Source of the DNA: Gemmata obscuriglobus
Lineage (GTDB): Bacteria > Planctomycetota > Planctomycetia > Gemmatales > Gemmataceae
Assembly (NCBI RefSeq): GCF_008065095.1
Contig: NZ_CP042911.1
Location: 6,540,001 to 6,572,000 of the forward strand
Reading direction: 5' to 3'
DNA length: 32,000 nucleotides
The notes beneath the pieces were generated by a model. That model saw only the letters and a program-made list of their open reading frames with translations. It had not been told where the DNA came from and made no database searches. This document shows, piece after piece, positions 26,902 through 32,000 of the stretch (positions are counted from its first letter, which is position 1; each line of letters starts with the position of its first letter). The position numbers and the translations under genes were made by a program.

Positions 26902-28073
26902 CAACTCGGTTCGGGCTAACGCTGGCGCTCGCGCGAAAGGACTGGCGGCTGTTCTGGGCCGACCGCCGGGCCGCGCTCATGTGCTTCGTTGTGCCGGTGG
27001 TGCTGGCCGCCGCGTTCGGCACCGTCTTCAACCGCCCCGCGACCGGCGCGCCGGCGAGACTGCCGGTGGTGCTGGTGGTCGAGGACGCCGGCCCGTTTAC
27101 CCGCCAGGTCGCGCAGGAGCTGCTCAGCTCACCGCGGCTCGAGGCAAAGGAAGTGTCACGCGCAGAGGCCGAAAAGGCCGTCACGGACCGGGCCGCCGTG
27201 GCGGTGGTGCTGCCGGCCGGGTTCGAGCAGCTCAAGCACTGGCAGCCCGGGGTGACGACCGAGCGCCCCGAACTGCACCTGCTCCACCACCCGAACGCGA
27301 GCGCCGAGCGGCAGATGGCCGAGGGCGTGGTCACCGAAGCGGTCATGAAGCGGGTCACGCGCGAGGCGTTCGCGGACGTGATACCGGAAGGCGCCACGCT
27401 CGCACCGCCGTTCAAGGTCGAGCCGCGGAGCGTTTCGGCGCACCCGGAGGCACGGTTCAGCTCCTACGCGCACAGTTTCTGCGGAATGACTCTTCAGTAC
27501 TTGCTGTTCTGGGGGATGGAAAGCGGGCTCGTGCTGCTGCGCGAGCGCCAGCGTAGCGTGTGGACGCGGGTGCGCGTGGCCGCTGTGCCGCTGTCGTGCG
27601 TGATCGCGGGCAAGGCCCTCGCCACAGCCCTGGTCGCGCTGCTCCAGGTGTTCTGCACGTTCGGGGTCGGGTACCTCGCGTTCGGGGTCACAATCGGCTC
27701 GCCGGTCGGGTTCGCGCTGCTGGCGTTCACGGCGTGCGCCCTGGCCTCGGCCACCGGCCTGTTGGTCGCGGCGGTCGGCAAAACCGAGGCCCGCGCGCGG
27801 AACGTGAGCATCCTCGTGATACTCGGCGCGTCGATGCTGGGCGGGCTGTGGGTGCCGTCGTTCTTGCTCCCGGGGTGGGCGCGCGACCTGTCGCTGGCGC
27901 TGCCGACCACCTGGGCACTGAAGGGGTTCGAGGCGGTGACCTGGCAGGGCGGCGGGTTCTGGGCGGCGGCCCCAAGCGCGGCCGCGGTGGCCGGGTTCGC
28001 GCTGGTGCTGCTCGGGGCCGCGGCGCTGAAGTTGACGCTCGCGGAGCGGGGGTTGCGTCGGGGCCGAACTTAA
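26898..28073 (+). CDS. ABC-2 type transporter permease
   Basis: The GTG at 26898 overlaps the ATPase stop (GTGA). The N-terminus LARKDWRLFWADRRAALMCFVVPVVLAAAFG is typical of ABC-2 permeases. It has a large extracytoplasmic loop followed by ~5 TM segments. The upstream 114 codons of the track ORF overlap the ATPase gene out of frame. Confidence 0.85.
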   Translation: MTTRFGLTLALARKDWRLFWADRRAALMCFVVPVVLAAAFGTVFNRPATGAPARLPVVLVVEDAGPFTRQVAQELLSSPRLEAKEVSRAEAEKAVTDRAAVAVVLPAGFEQLKHWQPGVTTERPELHLLHHPNASAERQMAEGVVTEAVMKRVTREAFADVIPEGATLAPPFKVEPRSVSAHPEARFSSYAHSFCGMTLQYLLFWGMESGLVLLRERQRSVWTRVRVAAVPLSCVIAGKALATALVALLQVFCTFGVGYLAFGVTIGSPVGFALLAFTACALASATGLLVAAVGKTEARARNVSILVILGASMLGGLWVPSFLLPGWARDLSLALPTTWALKGFEAVTWQGGGFWAAAPSAAAVAGFALVLLGAAALKLTLAERGLRRGRT

Positions 28074-28085
28074 GGGAGTGGTCGC

Positions 28086-28688
28086 ATGAAGCGCTCGATG
28101 TGGGCCGCGCTCGTCGCGGCGGTGGCGGGTTTACCGCTAGGGGCTCAGCCGCCAGCCGCGGCGCCCGCGCCGAAGGTCGAGTTGGCACTCGAGGACCAGT
28201 TCGAGCGCAAAACCGATCTCGCGGACCTGCGCGGCAGCGTGGTGGTTCTCGTGTTCGGCGACCGCAAGGGGAACGACGCGTGCCGCGTGCTCGGCGAGCA
28301 ACTGCACGTGCGCTGGCACCCGGACGCGAAGGGCCAGCCGCCGGCGAAAGCGCGCGCGGCGGCGGTGGCGCCGCTCGACGGGTTGCGGCCGGGCGTGGCG
28401 TCGCCGGACGTGATCGTGGTTCCAGTGGCGTGCTGCGGAAAGGTGCCGACGGCGGTTCGTCCGGCGATCCGTAAGGGTGTGGTCAAGAGCGCGCCGGACA
28501 CGGTGGTGTGGCTCGACTTCGCCGACAAGATGAAGGACACGTTCGGCGTCACGGCGGGCGAAACGAATATCGCGGTGGTCGACGCCGCGGGCCGCTTGCG
28601 GCTGAAGATCAACGGCACCCTCGATCTCGACGCGATGGACAAGCTCGTGCAAACCATCCAGTCGGTGCGGTACGACGCGGTGAAGTAA
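28086..28688 (+). CDS. Secreted hypothetical protein, possibly with a thioredoxin-like fold and without a CxxC motif
   Basis: AAGGGAG lies 7 nt before the ATG. Signal peptide MKRSMWAALVAAVAGLPLGAQP. LRGSVVVLVFGDRKGNDAC resembles the start of redoxin/TlpA-like folds but has a single Cys. The functional call is weak. Confidence 0.6.
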   Translation: MKRSMWAALVAAVAGLPLGAQPPAAAPAPKVELALEDQFERKTDLADLRGSVVVLVFGDRKGNDACRVLGEQLHVRWHPDAKGQPPAKARAAAVAPLDGLRPGVASPDVIVVPVACCGKVPTAVRPAIRKGVVKSAPDTVVWLDFADKMKDTFGVTAGETNIAVVDAAGRLRLKINGTLDLDAMDKLVQTIQSVRYDAVK

Positions 28689-28703
28689 ACGGCGGGAGTA
28701 GCC

Positions 28704-28735
28704 AGCGGCGGTGGAGAGCGGTCTCCACCGCCGCT
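28704..28735. terminator. Perfect 14-bp-stem hairpin between convergent genes (candidate bidirectional terminator)
   Basis: AGCGGCGGTGGAGA - GCGG - TCTCCACCGCCGCT. It lies 16 nt after the plus-strand stop and 4 nt before the minus-strand stop. No flanking T-tract. Confidence 0.5.
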
Positions 28736-28738
28736 CCG

Positions 28739-29185
28739 CTAACTGCCGCTCGTTATCTTGCTTTCGACCGCTGCCCACACGTCTTCGATCACCTTCTTCG
28801 CGGTGCCTTCAAGTAACCCTTTGGGAACCATCTTCAGCAAGCCGGTCACGGCCACAATGTCACCGGTCCAGTGGACCAACGTCCCGCCCTCGGCCTCACC
28901 GAACACCAGCGTCGTTTCGACGGTGCTGCTCGCACCCATCGTTTTCGTCTCGATGCGGTAAGCAACGGACTTCCCCGGGACGCGTGTGGTCACCTCGGCG
29001 TGCAGCGTCAGGCTGCCGGTAAGAAAGGACAGTTTCGGCTTGATCTTACCTGTGGCGCGGTCCGGCGTGTTCTCGGACACCTCTGCGTCGGGTACGCTGT
29101 TCGCAAGAAACCCGGCGTCCGACAGTTTGGCTGCGACCTCCGCGACCGGCCGCCCGATGCGCTTGTCGCCTTCAAAATGAATCAT
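28739..29185 (-). CDS. SRPBCC-superfamily protein, CoxG-like
   Basis: Length ~148 aa. It begins MIHFEGDKRIGRPVAEVAAKLSD and has the overall pattern (KIKPKLSFLTGSLTL, VTGLLKMVPKGLLEGTAKKVIEDVW) that I associate with CoxG/PF06240 proteins. Confidence 0.7.
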   Translation of the reverse strand: MIHFEGDKRIGRPVAEVAAKLSDAGFLANSVPDAEVSENTPDRATGKIKPKLSFLTGSLTLHAEVTTRVPGKSVAYRIETKTMGASSTVETTLVFGEAEGGTLVHWTGDIVAVTGLLKMVPKGLLEGTAKKVIEDVWAAVESKITSGS

Positions 29186-29495
29186 CGCGGTGCTCGCAGG
29201 GTTGGGCAGAAACTCAGGCCTTTACACCATCATATGCGAGACCACCGGACAATCGATTTTGCCCCGCGACAATTTACCAGACGTCTCCTTGTTTTGCGCG
29301 GCGCGCTGTTGACGTCCGAAATGAACATAAGTCGTTATTGTTCAATACTTCGGCTCACACCGTGTGAAACGAGGAACGGGCCTGCGGCCGTGGAGGCGCC
29401 CAATTTCTCACTTGCATTCACCCCCCGTTTCGGGCATGAGTGGAATGTAGTCGATCACCACTTGGCGGCTGTGGCGCACGCGTGAGGGAGCTACT

Positions 29496-29885
29496 ATGAC
29501 CGCGCTCACGTTTCTGCTCGGAATGGTAACGTTTCACACCCTCGCCCCGGTGCCGCCCGCTCTCCGGCCCGACCCGATGGCTCGTGGGTACATGGGTATC
29601 ACCGTCAGTAACGGGACCCTCACGGTTGAACGCGTCGAACCCGGTCTGCCGGCAGACGCGGCCGGGTTGCGCCGCGGCGACATACTCGTGCGGGTCGGCA
29701 CACTTCAGCCGGAAACGTTCGATCAGGTCATCGCGCACATTACGTCGTTCCGCCCGGGGGCGGTGGTCGAAATCGAGGTTCAGCGCGGCACCACTCGAAA
29801 GGTCTGCAAAGTAAAGCTCGCGTGCCGCCCGCCGGAGCTGGACATTCAGAACCGCGTACCGGTGCCGATCGAAATCGATAACTGA
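29496..29885 (+). CDS. Small PDZ-domain protein with an N-terminal hydrophobic signal or anchor
   Basis: GAGGGAG lies 5 nt before the ATG. MTALTFLLGMVTFHTLA. PDZ core GYMGITV...VERVEPGLPADAAGLRRGDILVRVG...GAVVEIEVQRG. Confidence 0.8.
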   Translation: MTALTFLLGMVTFHTLAPVPPALRPDPMARGYMGITVSNGTLTVERVEPGLPADAAGLRRGDILVRVGTLQPETFDQVIAHITSFRPGAVVEIEVQRGTTRKVCKVKLACRPPELDIQNRVPVPIEIDN

Positions 29886-29968
29886 TACCCGATTGGGTGG
29901 CGCCCGACTTGCGTTGTGCGGTCACAATATTAACAAGGTACCACCGTCGCGTTGGCCGACCTGATGGG

Positions 29969-31978
29969 TCACCTGCCTTCGGCGGCGTCGAGCCACACGC
30001 GGGCCGCGGCGTCGCTCGGCATTCGCCAATCGCCCCGCGGCGACAGGCTCACCGACCCCACCTTCGGGCCGTCCGGCAGGCAGCTCCGCTTGTACTGGCT
30101 CGCGAAGAACCGCCGCAGAAACTCTTTCAGCCAGTGACGCACCTCGTCCGGCTCGTACGTCTTGCTGAACTTCGCGTGCCCCGCGAGGAACAGGATCTTC
30201 CGCGGCTCCGCCCCGAACCGCAGGAAGTGGTACAGGAAGAAGTCCACTAGCTCGTACGGCCCGACCGTCGCTTCGGTCAGTTGCGTGGCGGCCCCGCCCT
30301 CGTCCAACGGCAGCAGCTCCGGGCGTATCGCCGTGTTCACGATCGCCAGCAGCGTGTCCCGTGCCGGGCCGTCGAACTCGTTCTCCGCCGCCCACTGCAC
30401 CAGGAACTTCACGAGCGTCTTGGGGATGCTCACGTTCGGGTTGTACATGCTCATGTGGTCGGCGTTGTACGTGCACCACCCGAGCGCCAGTTCCGAAAGG
30501 TCGCCGGTGCCGATCACGAACCCGGCGTTCATCAGCAGCGACGTGCGGACGCGGGCCTGCACGTTCTCGAACGTCAGGTCGCTCCGGTTGTGCGGCGGGA
30601 GCCGGCGCAGCTTGTCCGACAGCGACTCGACCGTTTCGCCCGCCAACTTGATGCCGAACGGCGCGTGGCCGAGCGCGCGCATCTGCTCGAGACACATCGC
30701 GCGGATGTCGATCTCGCGCAGGGTGATGTTGAGCGCCCCGGCGAGCCCGTCGGCGTTGGCCCGCGTCTCGGGCGTGGTGCCGAACCCGGGCATCGTGAGC
30801 GCGTGAACCCGGTCGCGGGGCACCCCGAGCTCGTCCATCGTCTTGCACACGACCAGGAGCGCCAGCGTCGAGTCCAGCCCGCCCGACACGCCGATGGACA
30901 CCGGCGGGAAGTTGACGTGCGACAGCCGCCGGCCCAGCGCCGCCACCTGCGTCTGGAAGATCTCCCGGCACCGGTCGTCGCGGGTGGCCGGGTCGGACGG
31001 CACGAACGGGTGCGGGTCCACGGCGCGCACGAACGTCGGCTCGCGGGCGCTCAGCTCCAGGTCGAACGACAGCGTGCGGTACTTCCCGAGGCTCAGGTCC
31101 GCGGACCGGTTGGCGTCGTGGAAGCTGTTGGTCTGGATCCGGTCGTGCAGCAGCCGCTCGACATCGATGTCGGCGACGAGCAGCCGCTGCGCGTGACGGA
31201 ACCGCTCGGACTCCGCGACGATCGCCCCGTTCTCCGCGATCAGGCAGTGCCCGCCGAACACGGTGTCGGTGGTCGACTCCCCTTCCCCGCACGACGCGTA
31301 CACGTACCCGCCGATGCACTTCGCGGACTGGGCGCTGACGAGCTGCCGCCGGTACCCCGCCTTGCCGATCACCTCGTTGCTGGCGGACAGGTTGGCGAAC
31401 ACGGTGGCGCCCATGACCGCTTGGAGCGAGCTGGGCGCCACCGGCATCCACAGGTCCTCGCAGATCTCGACCCCTAGCGTGAACCCGTTCATCGTGCGGC
31501 AGTCGAACAGCAGGTTCGTGCCGAACGGGACGCTCTGGCCGGCGCACGAGGCCGCCGAGAAGTTCGCGTTGTCGGCCGGGCAGAAGTACCGGGCGTCGTA
31601 GAACTCCTTGTAATTGGGCAGGTACGTCTTGGGGACGATGCCCAGCACCTTCCCCGCGTGGATCACCGCGGCGCAGTTGAAGAGCTGCCCCTCAATGGCC
31701 AGCGGGAGCCCCACGAGCGCGACCCCGCGGAACACGGTGCCGCTCTTCTCCACCACCTTCGCCAGCGCCTCTTCCGCGGCCCGCTGGAGCGACTGGAGGT
31801 GGAACAGGTCGTGGCAGGTGTAACCGGTGAGTCCGCACTCGGGGAACACCAGGAGGTTCACGCCCTGCGTTTCGGCCCGGGCCATGAGCGCGAGCGTGCG
31901 GTCGGCGTTGAAGTGGCAGTCGGCAACCCGCAGTTCCGGACACGCCGCCGCGACGCGAAGGAAGCCGTGTGTGTTCAT
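29969..31978 (-). CDS. nadE: Glutamine-dependent NAD+ synthetase (long form: N-terminal C-N hydrolase domain plus NAD synthetase domain)
   Basis: Nitrilase-type triad contexts LLVFPECGLTGY, KTYLPNYKEFYD, GVEICEDLW. ATP-PPase motif GVSGGLDSTLALLV. About 669 aa, as in the mycobacterial-type NadE. Confidence 0.92.
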   Translation of the reverse strand: MNTHGFLRVAAACPELRVADCHFNADRTLALMARAETQGVNLLVFPECGLTGYTCHDLFHLQSLQRAAEEALAKVVEKSGTVFRGVALVGLPLAIEGQLFNCAAVIHAGKVLGIVPKTYLPNYKEFYDARYFCPADNANFSAASCAGQSVPFGTNLLFDCRTMNGFTLGVEICEDLWMPVAPSSLQAVMGATVFANLSASNEVIGKAGYRRQLVSAQSAKCIGGYVYASCGEGESTTDTVFGGHCLIAENGAIVAESERFRHAQRLLVADIDVERLLHDRIQTNSFHDANRSADLSLGKYRTLSFDLELSAREPTFVRAVDPHPFVPSDPATRDDRCREIFQTQVAALGRRLSHVNFPPVSIGVSGGLDSTLALLVVCKTMDELGVPRDRVHALTMPGFGTTPETRANADGLAGALNITLREIDIRAMCLEQMRALGHAPFGIKLAGETVESLSDKLRRLPPHNRSDLTFENVQARVRTSLLMNAGFVIGTGDLSELALGWCTYNADHMSMYNPNVSIPKTLVKFLVQWAAENEFDGPARDTLLAIVNTAIRPELLPLDEGGAATQLTEATVGPYELVDFFLYHFLRFGAEPRKILFLAGHAKFSKTYEPDEVRHWLKEFLRRFFASQYKRSCLPDGPKVGSVSLSPRGDWRMPSDAAARVWLDAAEGR

Positions 31979-32000
31979 AGCGACGTTATATCACCTCCGC

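Overview
Very GC-rich bacterial chromosome segment. It most likely comes from a Planctomycetota genome of the Gemmata/Gemmataceae type. That inference rests on four proteins with the Gemmata-type TIGR02996 'repeat-companion' N-terminal domain fused to leucine-rich repeats, a Cys-type sulfatase, Tat/Sec-exported hydrolases, and the paralogous family ending in ...HVRGCWVVDLVLGKE. I support about 29 protein-coding genes and three insertion sequences from three different families. (1) An ISL3-like element at 4298..5790 has 23-bp inverted repeats, an 8-bp target duplication and an open transposase frame. (2) A decayed IS4/IS5-superfamily relic at 7874..9074 has 39-bp inverted repeats and a broken transposase. 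(3) An ISAs1-family element at 24608..25857 has CAGGG termini, a 10-bp target duplication and a frameshifted transposase; it sits in the last codons of a POTRA/coiled-coil gene. Recognisable gene products: a CarF/PEDS1(TMEM189)/FAD4-type lipid desaturase, sulfatase plus GNAT, a CNNM/CBS membrane protein, an ArnT/PMT-like GT-C glycosyltransferase, an esterase, a Tat-exported Gfo/Idh/MocA oxidoreductase, a VOC protein, an alpha/beta hydrolase, an HtrA-like protease, a small zincin, an ABC-2 exporter, a CoxG-like SRPBCC protein, a PDZ protein and glutamine-dependent NAD+ synthetase. I saw no rRNA, tRNA or CRISPR array by eye. I found no clearly novel multi-gene system. The most unexplained content is the four-member TIGR02996-LRR paralog set (two tandem pairs), one pair of which lies between two apparently cytoplasmic proteases, and the Cys-rich ...LGKE family gene. 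All family calls come from motif recognition by eye; no database search or structure prediction was run. Many long alternative-frame ORFs in the track are GC-composition artefacts.
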